DNA of 64,000 nt, from the NCBI RefSeq assembly GCF_037042905.1, contig NC_087251.1:24120001-24184000 (forward strand), given 5' to 3'. The position numbers and the translations under genes were made by a program. The stretch comes from Lytechinus pictus. Its lineage: Eukaryota. Numbering within the stretch: position 1 is the first letter of the stretch; each line of letters starts with the position of its first letter. The notes beneath the pieces were generated by a model. It saw nothing but the letters and a program-made list of their open reading frames with translations, was not told the DNA's origin and ran no database searches. Shown here in pieces: positions 38,664 through 51,700 of the stretch.

Positions 38664-39629
38664 ACAAGTGGAATGCCTCTGGCCGTCTCACCTGCATCAC
38701 GCGATTCAATATAGCAGCAGTGCTGATTTTGAAAACTACTATAACTCGCACAAGATGTTCAGTGATACTTGGTTACTCTTATTTCCACGTTTTATGAACT
38801 AGACCAATACACTTATAGAGATATGATGGCAATTCAACAAATACCCCCAACGTGGCCAAAGTTCTTTGACCTTACATGACCTTTGAACTTGATCATGTGA
38901 CCTGAAACTCGCACAGGATGTTCAGTGATACTTGATTACTATTATGTCCAAGTTTTATGAACTAGACCAACACACTTTCAAATTTATGGCTGTAATTCAA
39001 CAAATACCCCAATTTGGCCAAAGTTCATTGACCCTAAATGACCTTTGACCTTGATCATGTGACCTGAAACTTGCACAGGATGTTCAGTAATACTTGATTA
39101 CTATTATGTCCAAGTTTCATGAATCAGATCCATAAACTTTCAAAGTTATGATGGTAATTCAACAGATACCCCCAATTCGGCCAAAGTTCATTGACCCTAA
39201 ATGACCTTTGACCTTGGTCATGTGATGTGAAACTCATGCAGGATGTTCAGTGATACTTGATTAACCTTATGTATAAGTTTCATGAACTAGGTCCATATAT
39301 TTTCTAAGTTATGATGACATTTCAAAAACTTAACCTTAGGTTAAGATTTTGATGTTGATTCCCCCAACATGGTCTAAGTTCATTGACCCTAAATGACCTT
39401 TGACCTTGGTCATGTGACATGAAACTCAGGCAGGATGTTCAGTAATACTTGATTAACCTTATGGCCAAGTTTCATGAACTAGGTCCATATACTTTCTAAG
39501 TTATGCTGTCATTTCAAAAACTTAACCTCAGGTTAAGATTTGATGTTGACGCCGCCGTCGCCGCCGCCGCCGTCGCCGTCGGAAAAGCGGCGCCTATAGT
39601 CTCACTCTGCTATGCAGGTGAGACAAAAA
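38664..39629 (-). mobile_element. Helentron-associated (HINE/pearl-type) non-autonomous element
   Basis: Subterminal inverted repeats gtctcacctgcat (38685) / atgcaggtgagac (39612); internal ~180-bp tandem units rich in tgacctttgacctt; (gcc)n microsatellite; A/T-run flanks with no TSD seen. Confidence 0.75.
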
Positions 39630-39692
39630 ATATCTTTCCACAAAACATAGAAATTGATTGCAATAAAATTTTACCTTGATCAGCTAGATGAT

Positions 39693-39863
39693 TTACTTCT
39701 CATCTTTCCCAATAACAAGTACAGTATCGTGTTCTTTTCTATCCTCAATCCTAGCTGAAGTTTTTGCTATCTTCTGAACATTGTAGATCAAAAGGTGGGT
39801 CGTGACCAAAGCAATTCCAACACTCATGAACTTGTGTTCCATTATAATCTTTTTGAGACCCAT
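39693..39863 (-). CDS. uMKKS2-like microprotein, 56 aa, single TM (uORF on its own exon 39958-39675)
   Basis: accATGg; MGLKKIIMEHKFMSVGIALVTTHLLIYNVQKIAKTSARIE... resembles human uMKKS2 as recalled (..GISFIGVHLGTYFLQRSAKQSV..); exon bounded by ttttttgcag| and aag|gtaaaa. Confidence 0.8.
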   Translation of the reverse strand: MGLKKIIMEHKFMSVGIALVTTHLLIYNVQKIAKTSARIEDRKEHDTVLVIGKDEK

Positions 39864-41039
39864 GGTAATAATATGTCCTTCGGAGATATTAAATTTCAAA
39901 AGTTTTTGGTATGTCCTAAATTCTCCACTGATTGCACAGGTATTGGTACTCCAGTGATCTGCAAAAAACAAAAGACAAGAAGTATACATGAACATCAGTC
40001 AGTTTTTTTAATTTGTTTTAAAAAGAAGACCAAAATAGACATTTATAGCCAAAGTCCGCAGTCACTTTGAAGAGCATCTACTCAAATCCTTAACTATCAA
40101 CCTTGTTCACTTGGACAACTCTATAACTAGCCACATCTTTCTCCTGAATAGACCCAGAAACCTTAGTAATTTTCTATTATTTCATTATTTCAGTTTGTAG
40201 ACACAAATTCAAATAGGCAGTAATTTTGTTATCATCCAGAACCCCACGAAAAAAATAATATACAGCAATAAACTCCTTTATCTATTCAACTGATGTCCTA
40301 CTATATTACTCTTATAGCTCAACATCTTACTACAAGGATGGAAAATGTTTCCTGCAGCATTCAGATAAACAAGGTTAGATAGTACTTTATTATTCCTGGG
40401 TCCTAATCCATGCAAAATCTTGATTTTATCTTGATTGTGTAGTCTTATAATATATCCCTACAAGAAGGAATAATTTCTGCTTATCTTTTCAACATTCACA
40501 CGGACAAAATTGACAAAGGTACTGGGATCAAAGTAAGCTTCCGAACATTCCTGTCATTAAGTTTAAATTAAAAGTCACAATACATTTTCAACTGTTTTTA
40601 AAAAGGATATCATCAAGACACTCGATAAAGTATGTACCGGTATGCATATTGCAGGATGCCTACTGTGTGATTTAGCTCATAATTGGAGGACACTCCCCTT
40701 TGCTGACTGTCAAACCTAAAAATACAATACTGAACACATGGGCTCTGCATGCATTATATTCTTTTACATATCATTGCTTTACATTAATATTAAATTAATT
40801 TAACAATAATAATGAAGAAATACATCCTCCAAGCAAAATTAATGAGAAAAAAAATTATCAGTGAACTGTCAAATATTGAAAAAAAAATTAAAATAAAAAT
40901 TACTACTTCCCTTCTCCTTATGAAATACATCCATCTTAAATGGTGAAAATGGGTTCCAAAAATATTGCATTGCTGTTATATATCATTACTTTAAAATGGA
41001 TAAATTTCACATTTTCTTACTACAGAACTATACTTACGA

Positions 41040-41252
41040 CTAATTGGACTTCTCAGCTGGTGATTTCAAAGCCTTTGATTTGATATAAGCTGGAAGACGA
41101 TCTGAAATTTTCTTCTTTGAGTGTCCAGCTTCTTTATTGAAGACAGGATCATTGGCAATGTGGAACCATCCAACGTGAATGAGTGAAATACTTATTAATC
41201 CTACAAAGAGTACCCTGTTACGAACAAAAAAGTTCTTCTTTGGTGGATTCAT
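41040..41252 (-). CDS. uMKKS1-like microprotein, 70 aa, single TM (uORF on its own exon 41299-41038)
   Basis: atcATG; NFFVRNRVLFVGLISISLIHVGWFHIANDPVFN resembles human uMKKS1 as recalled (NLWRDYKVLVVMVPLVGLIHLGWYRIKSSPVFQ); exon bounded by ttttatttcag| and |gtaagt. Confidence 0.85.
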   Translation of the reverse strand: MNPPKKNFFVRNRVLFVGLISISLIHVGWFHIANDPVFNKEAGHSKKKISDRLPAYIKSKALKSPAEKSN

Positions 41253-42679
41253 GATGCAGGTAACGTTTTCTTTCTCTTTCAGAACTCAAATGCAACAAAC
41301 TGAAATAAAAGGGTAAAATAAATCAAGATTAGTTTATAACTTTAGATGGAACCTCAGTTCTTCATCTTATTCAGACCAGGAGTACATCAAGTTCAAGTTA
41401 CCAGAAGTCAGAAGAAACAAGTCTTGAATGACTCTGCAATAGAAAAAAAATATATCTTCAATTCATCATTCGTTAACCAAGTCTAAGACAAATCATGTCC
41501 TGATAAAATGAGATTGAGTCCTCCTACTTAAAGCAGCACTCATATCAGGTGGATCTGATTTCTGGGGAGCGTTTCATGAAAGGACTTGTGGGACGTTTTA
41601 TCCCATTTTCATTACAGATCGAGCATCTTAAACACATAGGAGTAATGCCGAAAATTTGTTCACAAATTATTATTACCTCATATTAAAGCCTCTTTATTTA
41701 CTAAGTCGTATTTCATCCGACAGTTACCAAAGAAACAGTGCTTCTCAGCACAATCAAGGAAAGTTGTCAGGTCTGACAACCCAAACATGGTCGGGTGTGC
41801 GAGGTTATTTTAGCTATCTAAATTCTAACCTCGCACTAGTGTGAGTGCCCATGTCCTCCACCAAAATAAGCCGAATCCAATTCCCATCCACTAACTAAGT
41901 CATGAAAGGAGTACTCTACAGAATCAAATTAAGGGCTGAATAAGCACACTATACCCAGCAATCCACAAATTGGCAAAAAGCCTACCTACGATATCATTAG
42001 AGTGATATGGTGAAAATTTCTATAATAAATATTTTAGAACAGTTTCTGCTGTCAATTGCTCATGTTTGAGTGGTTAAACTAGCAGTGGGTGTCAGGTAAA
42101 AGCTTTATGCTGCATTATTGTTGTATTGCATGATTGGCATGGTTTGAATCCAGCACATGATACATTTTTTTCAGTTGTAAATTGATAACAATTCAGGCAA
42201 TGCCAATGCCATGCCAATGGTGAATTTATTCAATAAGACAATTATTGTGACATATAGGCCTATTTATTTGACAATGACCGACCATGTCGAAAACCGACAA
42301 AATATCATGGACTTGCAGTGGTTGCACTTGATCTTGTGGATATGGCAGCTGAGAGTAAAAGCCTCTCCTAAAAGCCATATTGTTGGCAGAATTAGGAATA
42401 ACAAATAAATGAATGTTACATCATCCGTCCATTTAATAAGTGAGGTAGCCCCCCCCCCCCCTTCTCTCTCTCCGCCTTACTTACTGGTCACAAGAATATC
42501 AATATGTGGGACCGAACAAAATGTGAAATTGGTATGGCAACTTGGAAGATCCGATGGGACCAATACTACTTACCGTAGATTGAAATCATAACATGATTGT
42601 GATATATTTAAGAATCCATATTATGTTCCTATTCGATTGGTAGAAATATAAATTATTTAGATCTAGATCTTGTACTTGC

Positions 42680-42798
42680 CTTTTCAGAAGTTATCAGCTG
42701 ACAGCGTCGACATCGGCCGCATCGCGCATAAATTTTGGTTACACAAGATCGCTTTGTCATGTCGCCCTCTTATGTTGAGTTAATATGAAGTTGACAAA
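42680..42798. promoter_or_regulatory. Compact bidirectional promoter shared by the MKKS transcript (-) and TIMM50 (+)
   Basis: CpG-rich patch. Minus-strand donors aag|gcaagt (42680) and acg|gtaagt (~42574) lie 120-225 bp from the TIMM50 ATG. A YY1-like aaaatggc overlaps the ATG. Confidence 0.6.
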
Positions 42799-45700
42799 AT
42801 GGCAGCGCTCAGTGGAACGTGCGTGAGGCAATGGTTACGATTTTTGGGTACGAATGCAGCAAGAACAAGGACTGCGGATCATAGCACTAACTGTAGAACT
42901 TTACCGTCTTCAAATAATCATGCCAGGCTATTAGTTCGCCCATTATCAGTGACTACATTGCTCAGAAATGAGGAAAAACAGCCTAATCAGCCGACGGAAA
43001 GTGCGATGCCATTGGTGGCAATGCTCCGCGAGGCCGAGGAGAAGGCGAAACGAGAAACAGAGGATGACCGGAAGAAGAAGGAGGAGCGAAAAAAGAGAAC
43101 GGCACGCATCCAGAAGTGGGCAATGCGCATCACGGGGGGAATGCTTGTTGGAGCATCATTATTGACTGTTTATGAATTAGGTATCCCGACCTTCACCTTG
43201 TTCTTTTTAATCTTTACTTGTCTTTTGAGTCTACTCTAGTCTTAGTACTATTCCTAACCAGTTAGTTATAACATATGTTGATGGGGTGTCCAAACTTCGC
43301 GCCCTTTTTCAAAAATATTCATCAGGCACAAAAATTTTTCCACAAAATATTCATAATTTATACAAAACCAATTCAAGAAATAGTTACCACATTGACAGCA
43401 AGATCGTAAACTATAAAATCATGGACGAAAATGTAAAGTAGGTCAAGGGGTTTCGCCGGTATCGCGATCTCAAATTTATATTCCGATCGGCGAATGTGCG
43501 CTGTGCTGGAAAACCGTTCAGAAAAAGTGTGACCTTATTTCGCGGACCAAAGTTTTTGTGGAAATTAAAAAAAAAACTCAAGCTCAAAAAGTGACATATT
43601 TATATCAGATTGATGGCAAAATGCCATAGAATCGGTTAGTACCACATTTAACTCACACTTTTGATGATTTCTGCTTGCAAAATGGTGATATCGTGATGCT
43701 TGTTGAGAATATCAGATTTCTTCAAAACGGGCGCTAACGGTGACAAATTTGCCGATCTTTTGCCAATATTTTCATGAATACTGAACTCATCCTAAAGAAA
43801 CTTACACCGAAGGGTAATTTTAGGTCGCTTTTCACGTTGATGATGTCAGATTTTAAGGATATTGGCTAGTTTTTTAGGTAATGACCGTCCGCGATGTTTG
43901 GACTCACTGCCATACTAGATCCGCTGTTTCGGAGGAGTTTTTCAACATTTTCTGATTTTTTTGACGGATGACGGCCATTTGGCCGTAGTAATGGTGGAGC
44001 TCCACTGATGCCTTAATTACAGCTTTAATGGAGAAAAGGGTGCGATTTTGCACCCTCCTGTATTACTCCTAAATTTTGCTTTTTGATGGGGGAAAAAAGG
44101 AAGAAATGATTAAAGATAAATTTATATTAAATACAATGAATCAGCTTACCTCCTTTCCGAAAAATATGCTGGAAAATAGCGAATTTTGATAAAAAACAAA
44201 TCAGGATAATATTGGTGAAGGTTTGAGGAAAAACCAACAAAGAATAAACAACTTAGATCTAGGCCTATTTGATTTGTGTCTTTTGTGACGTCATATGCAA
44301 GCAGCTTTCCTACATATCATCAATGAGTTGTCATTTTAAATGGATATCTCAGACCAATATTCATTTTTTTTTTCTGCTGTTTTTATAACAAAGTTCTTTT
44401 TTTCAGGGTGAACTTCCCTTTGAGTAAAGTAAAGTAAGCTAGATGCTATCTGATATGGGTGACCATATTAATTATTATAACACACATTTTTTATCAATTA
44501 GATATTGAAGGTGATGGTGTTATTCAATTTTTAAAAATAATAAGAAGTTCAGTACCACCTAGACATTGGCCAAAGTCAATATGGGTGACAATCTTACATA
44601 TTGATTGGAGACTTCCTTTGCAAAAGAATTCAACTTGAAGAAACAACAACAACCACTAAACAAGGCAATTTTGTTTCACTGAGGTCAGAAGACTCGGAGC
44701 TTCTCAGTTGCTCATTTATTTTATGTGTGGATGATAGGTTCACTTCTTGTCATATTGTTGTTTGCTGCCAGGGTATTCGCTTTGAAGCAAATATGAACCC
44801 CCCCCCCCCAAAAAAAAAATGGTCTCTAAATATTTCTTGTGCAGTCATGTTCTAAATTGTATCGAACATATTGAATGAATGATGTGAATGGTCTCTCAAA
44901 CGATTCCACTTTTATAAACAATAACACCTTCGTCTTTATTGTTATAATTCTTTTCTAACAGTTTTGTACAGTAGGCGAAAGGTCCATGGGTATTTATTTT
45001 CTAAATGTAACAGAAATTTCATATTCAAGCCAATTTTTGAACTGTTTTTGTTTTGTTTAGTTGAGACTTCATGCACAATCACCACACCCCCCCCCCCCAA
45101 AGAAAAAAGAATATGGATATTAAGGATGATAGTTCAGTTCTTATGCTGTTTTGCCTTTTTCAGAATTGAAAAGCAATGACATATTAATGATAAAACTTTA
45201 TTATATTGACACATTTGCTCAATGCACTTTGATGCTATATAGAAACATGACCTATGCAAAATATTTACCTTACCCCTTTTTTTATTTGTCGCTGCCCAAT
45301 ATATATTCAATTAAGATACAAATGTTAATTTCAAGTCACTCTTTACATTTCATTCTGGTAAGTTAAGGGGCTTAGCAGGTTAACTCTTTTTTTTTTAAGT
45401 CAAACCTTGCAACATTTTACTATATTGTCAACATTTAATGTGACTGTTTGGTAGATGAGGCATTATATATCCTTTTTTAGTTTGTTGCTTAATTCACTGA
45501 AGGGATTATTGCCTCATCAGATGAAAAGGAAAGATGCTGCTGGACTGGGTTTAGTTATTCATGTTTACCCATTTGATATAAATAGGATATGAATGAGAAC
45601 AGAAACAGATTATATTTTTCAGGGCATGTACATGGTAAAATAAATTTCTATAGAACCACCCAATAATAATCACAGTACAGTCAAAGATATTTGTTAATAT

Positions 45701-48700
45701 TGATTATCTACTTATACTATTCCTCTTATTTATTGTTTGGCAGGCCAACCTCAGCTAGATGACCATGGAAAAGTGGTAAGGTTCCAAATATATTTTTTCT
45801 TTCATTCATATGAATCGATTTGTGGATATGTACTTATTACGGTATTTCCTTTTTTTTCTAAAAGAAATGCCAATGAGCTATCTTTCTCTTACAAAAGTTG
45901 TTATAATTCCTAACAAATCTTGACCACTTTTGGTACAACTGTGATTTTGACATTGAAATATCAACATCTTACTATCAAACAAGCTATCAAAATAGACTAG
46001 AGAAAAAAACATTAACTCAACTGTATGTTGTAAATATGATGTGGATAAAATGTATATTACAATTCAAATTGCCCATAGATGCTAAAACGGAAGGAAACAC
46101 ACACACACCCTGAGAATCCCAATATTTTTTTCATTATGAGCAGGAATAAAACTGATTTAGTTTTATTTCGCATCATCACCAGAGATGTTAACACTGCCTA
46201 TTCCTGGAAAGCATTTCTTTTACTTTATTTTCATTTAATTTGTTTTATGCAGATTGTTGGTGAGTTTGAGAATGATTTCATCGTCTTGGCCTATTTGAAG
46301 AGGGCATTTAAAGAAATGAACACCTACAAAACAGTAAGTATTGTTTGAAATTGTGTGCTAGGAATTATAGAAGAAATGTCCAGTGTCTACGAATTCTGGC
46401 AGATTAAGATAATGCCCCTTTTTTCAAACAGCACTTTCAAATAAATTATGAAAGTGTCATACAAATGACTTGTAATTTTTGTGTCATTCACAACTTCTGT
46501 ACATAATTACATGGTTTAAATCTATACAGCTAGTCATAAAAAATAATAATTTGGCTATATTGTCTTAGCCTTCTTCTGGAAAGATTGCTATTTTGAAATT
46601 TGCTTTGGTTTATTGATATTATATTTCATGTACAGATGTACTCCTCATTTGGAAAAAAAAGTAAGTGTTGATTTTCTTCTTGATGAATTCTACCTGAATG
46701 CTATATGTCATTTACAATTTAATATTTGGTAAGCAATTAGGAAACATTTACTCATGCCCCTCTTTCATTTCTCTCTTTGTCCAGATGATTGCAGAACCAT
46801 CAGCAGAGAAACTCCTTCCAGATCCTCTTGTAGAACCATATTACCAGCCACCATACACTCTCGTTCTAGAGATGAAAGATGTCCTAGTTCATCCAGAATG
46901 GACGGTCAGTTTTACATACTCATATTAATCTATGTGTAGAAAATCCCATCAGGCTATCTCAAAATACATACATTTACTTGGTTCCTGTACATGATCTCAT
47001 AACTTTTGTTATCACTTTAATGACCAGTACTTTCTGAACTTATACTTGAATTTGTAATTATGTTATTTACAATGTTGAATTCATCTGAGAAATTCACAGA
47101 AAGTATAGAAGCTTGCCTCATCTGTTAATGTGAATGGTCCATCTTTGCTATGAAGTGCTTTATTGCAGGGGGGAAAAATTATACAGAGGCTTGGGGTGAT
47201 TTTGCCCCCAAAATGCTCATAAGAGCCCTAGAAACTGACAAAGAGCCCCACAAAATCCTCATTCACATAGTCTTAAAGCTTATCTGATGTTGCAGGCTCA
47301 AGCAGTAGGTCGTCAAAAATAGCCCCTGGAAATAAACATTGATTTTTTTGCCTATAAACATTTTGTGTTTAAATATTTGTCTAAACCTGTTGCTAAGGCA
47401 AATTTTTTCTTTGAAAAATGGGTAAGACATTGATTTTGGGGTTGTTTTTCATAATGATTGTCCAAAGCAATTAAAAAAAATTGTTCATAGTTTTCAGTCT
47501 TTCACGATTGTCTTTCTAGTATGCCCTCACTTGCATTCAAGATAGGAAAGCAGCTGGATAGTGCTCTATATAACAATATAAACAGAGGCCAAAGTACAGT
47601 CACTATAAAAAATTGTAATTTTTGGTATGATATTTAAAGAAGGGGGAGCCAGCCTTAAGAGATGCTATACTTCATATACATAATATACAGTGCGTCCCAC
47701 AAAAAACGAAACCAAGATTTAGCGATGATTTATCAGAACTTAGTCATAAATACAATAGACAAATGACCTATCATTGTAAAGCTTAGTCTCTTTTTTCTTC
47801 TGGTACAACATAGAATATTTATCATTCAAGCATGAGTGAATAAAAACAATTTCAAGAACGGATACCAAAAAGTCATTTGGCAGGGGATATCTGAATTTCA
47901 TAAAGAGAACCACATGCTTCAATATCTGCTCTTTATTTTGATTCCTCAATCACAGAAAATGGTCAAGAAACAAACTTCTGTTCCTTCGAAACAATGCTTG
48001 TATTGCAATAATGCTATTAAATAAACGTGTTTTCACCACTTTCCCACCGAAGCTATCGCATGGTGAACAAAAGACTTAATGCATGGCTGATCGTCAACAA
48101 AACAGTGTCGAGTGAGTCTGAATGCTAGCCTGTAAAATCTCTTCATTTATGAAATTATTGAAATTCAACCCTTATTTCAAATAAACAGAACTTTGTTATT
48201 ACTTGACCAATTTCTGTGATTGAGGTATCAAATTAAAGAGCAGATATTGAACATTTAAAAAATGTAATTTTCTTTTTGAAAGCCAGATACCACCCACCAA
48301 GTTACTTTTTGGTATCCTTTCTTCAAATTGTTTTTACTCACTCATGCATAAAGTAAGTGTCTTTATTTTTCTTTATTTCATAATTCAGTATGCAAATGGT
48401 TGGAGATTTAAGAAGAGACCTGGAGTAGAATACTTCCTACAGCAAGCCGGCCCACCATTATTTGAAATTGTCATCTACACCTCAGAACAAGGATTTGTAA
48501 GTACTGCCTCCAGGGGACTGTTTCATAAATTTGTTTTTTAAGTTATATACAGAACCTTATAAACACTTGGTTGGTTGCAAGTGAAATGTGTGTCTCATTA
48601 ATTTTGAATAGCATTCGCTAAAGTTTGAACATCTTGATGTTGATTATTATTCTGTGCAGTTTCAGGGAACATATATTTTTTTGTTTTATTCTAAACCTAG

Positions 48701-51700
48701 TTTCCCAAATCGATATTTGGAAATAAAGTCGAGCTTTCTTAAGCTGTCGGGAAAATAATTTTGCTTTCATTTTGGCATGTCTAATTATAGTCATTCATAA
48801 TGTAATGCATAAATTGTACAAATGCTTGTAAAGCATGACTCTTTATCGGGTGACGCAACATTTGCTCCTGCGACATTTAATCTGGTGTTAATGTCTCAGA
48901 GGGCATAAGGTAAGAGTTTGGATTGTAATAGAGTTTTATTTAGAATAGTTTAAAGATATGAATTAGGGTTTATTTAGGTTTAGAGGTTAGATTTTATGTT
49001 TGGCGTAACGTGTAGATTTTCCATCAGAGCAATTGTCGCTGGAGCAAATGTCATGGAAAACTTTATTGTTCGTTCATCTGTTGAGAAGTGAAAGGGCATT
49101 TTCACGCACTGAACTTATTAAGGTTTAGTAAGGGAAGATTGTACATGAAATCCGATAGAGCACCCTTTTTTAATAAAAAATTTTAGTAAAAACTTTTCTA
49201 TGAAATTATTAATTTTTTAACAGAAAGCAATATTGAAATATATCCTGAAATATTTGTCCAATTCCATGCTTGAAAGTTGGTTCATATAAAAAAGTAAATA
49301 TTGGTTGACCCAATTAAATTGAGATATCTTGATTTTAAACTTTACCCGTTTTTATTACATTTTAGATGACATCTCACACAACATACATTCCAAATCTTTC
49401 ATTTTATCTGATAATGGTTAAAGCTTAGAAAATTGATAATCTTTTGATTTACCAAAGCTTGAAGTGCCTTTTGATTCAAGTCAATATCAATAGTACATTT
49501 AAGAATATGATGTAAGATTTATCTCAGAATTTGAATCTACTTCATATTAGAAACGATTCATTGAAATCAAAAGTCTTTTGGGGAATTTAATTACAAGTGC
49601 ATCTTTAATGTGTATCCCATATTGTATTACTTTGCATACCAAATAGTATTAGACAGTGCAAGAGGTCTGATTAAAGCAATAATTTTCTTATATTGGAATT
49701 GTTGCTTTATAATAATCAGGTACTTTTTGTTGGGTTATATGACAATGCTTAACCTAGCCTTGAGGACTCTGCGATGATATTAAAAAATATTTTTACATAT
49801 ACTTTTACATCATGAAGCCTCAAAACCCTCCCCATACATGCCTAAGCCAACAAATTTATGTGATTTCTAGCTTTAAAGATGGATTTCCTAGGGAAATCCA
49901 TCCGTGTTTATATGTCCTGCTTAGGCATGTATGGGGAGTGTTTCAAGGCTTCGTGATGTAAAAGTATGTTTATAAATATCATCACGGAGTCCTCAAGGCT
50001 ATGCTTAACCCACTCTCAGTTTACACTGGTTTTGACAAAAGTAAGCTAGACCGACCAAAAGTACCAATAGCCCCACATGAGCTTGCCTTGAATAATGGAA
50101 GGGCTAACTCCTTACAGCGTACTTGATTTTATAGTACACAAGCTGGTACCGGACTGAAAATAATGTGTGTGAAAAGAAAACAAATGTCAGGCAACCATAA
50201 AAATCCTAATTGGATAATTTTTTGTTGTTAAATACGAATCAGATTTGTTTACATCAGATTATTTTCATGTGCTATTGTTTCATGTTTCAGACTGCATTTC
50301 CCATCCTGGATTCCTTAGATCCTAAGGGTTGTATCATGTATAGACTATTCAGAGATGCAACCAAGTATGTCAACGGTCATCATGTCAAGGTTTGGCATTT
50401 TATTTATTTTTCTTAATGATACTCTGACTCCTTCATTACTTAAATTTTTAGCAGATATTTAAAAAAGATAGCATCATAGGTATGTTATAACTGTAGGATC
50501 ATTATACAACTGGGTTAGTATTTATTTTAAACTAGAAAAGGAAATCTACCCACAATTTGAATTCTGTTTTCTTGCAGAAAAATTAGAGAAACATAAGGAA
50601 TCAATTAGATCAACTTTAAAAAAAGAAGTTATGAATGCCTAACAGTTACTTTATGCATCACATTATTATCTTATTATCTTATTCATCTTTATGTTATATG
50701 TTGTTCATTTTATATTTTCATTTATATTCTCAGAAAGATTATCCAATGAATTAATTGTGCATAAAAAAAATTCAGACACATTAATTGTACACAATTCTGT
50801 GTAAAGATCAGCCTTGGGTAAAGTTTTAGATATTGAATGTTTAGAATTTTACAACATATAGGAGAGCAGGTAGCAAGAAAAATCACAAAATTGAAACTGA
50901 AAAACAACAAAATGTTATTTTCTAATAGATTTTTGTACAAATTTCATTTATCAGGAGTCATATTTTTAAACCCTTCTTGTTACAGGATTTGTCAAGTTTG
51001 AATCGTGATCTTTCCAAGGTAATCATCGTTGATTGCAATGCTAGGTCATATCAGCTACAACCCAAGAATGCTCTTGGTCTCAAGAAATGGGAAGGCAATG
51101 ATGATGACAGGACTCTCTTTGAATTAGCTGCTTTCCTTAGAAGTAAGTTTTCACTACTAGTCAGGTCTTTTAATGCTCCTTTTAGATTGCCTAGATGAGA
51201 TTTCAAGAAAAAATAAAGTAGCAAACTTGATTACAAAAGCATCTGTTGCTAATGTCTCTATTACATAAAAAAATGTCATACAAAATTGAAATAGCATTAG
51301 TCAAAACTAAATATTTAAAGTATAGTTTGTTTTTAGTACCTTAAGAAATATTGTCTCTTTTCACTTTTGTCACATCTGTTCCTTAATATTTACTTGATAT
51401 TCCATGGCATTTTAGGTTAGAATATCATCTGTATTTGTTTCATTATGTGCTTTCCACATGCAAACATGAATTAAATCAAGAAAAAAAAGTAGGGTTCTTT
51501 AAAGATATGCTATGTGTGGGATTTGTCAGCCAGGCAACTCTGCCTATTCCAATTTTCAAGGAAGGTATTGAGCTAGATTGAAGGCTAGTCTCTGCAAGGG
51601 GTGATGGATATTTTTTTTGTCTGCATGGCCTTTAGGAATTAAAGGGGAAAGCAATCGCGAGATACTGTAGAATGCGCGATTCCGTAAGCCCCATTCAATT

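Noticed and set aside
39864..39995. 100-aa version of uORF2, or an extra peptide in the exon leader
   Set aside because: The upstream ATGs of the listed ORF lie in the intron (acceptor 39959-60), and the exon leader has no ATG before 39863.
46855..46904. Missing DxDxT catalytic motif in the TIM50 FCP1-like domain
   Set aside because: Normal for TIM50.
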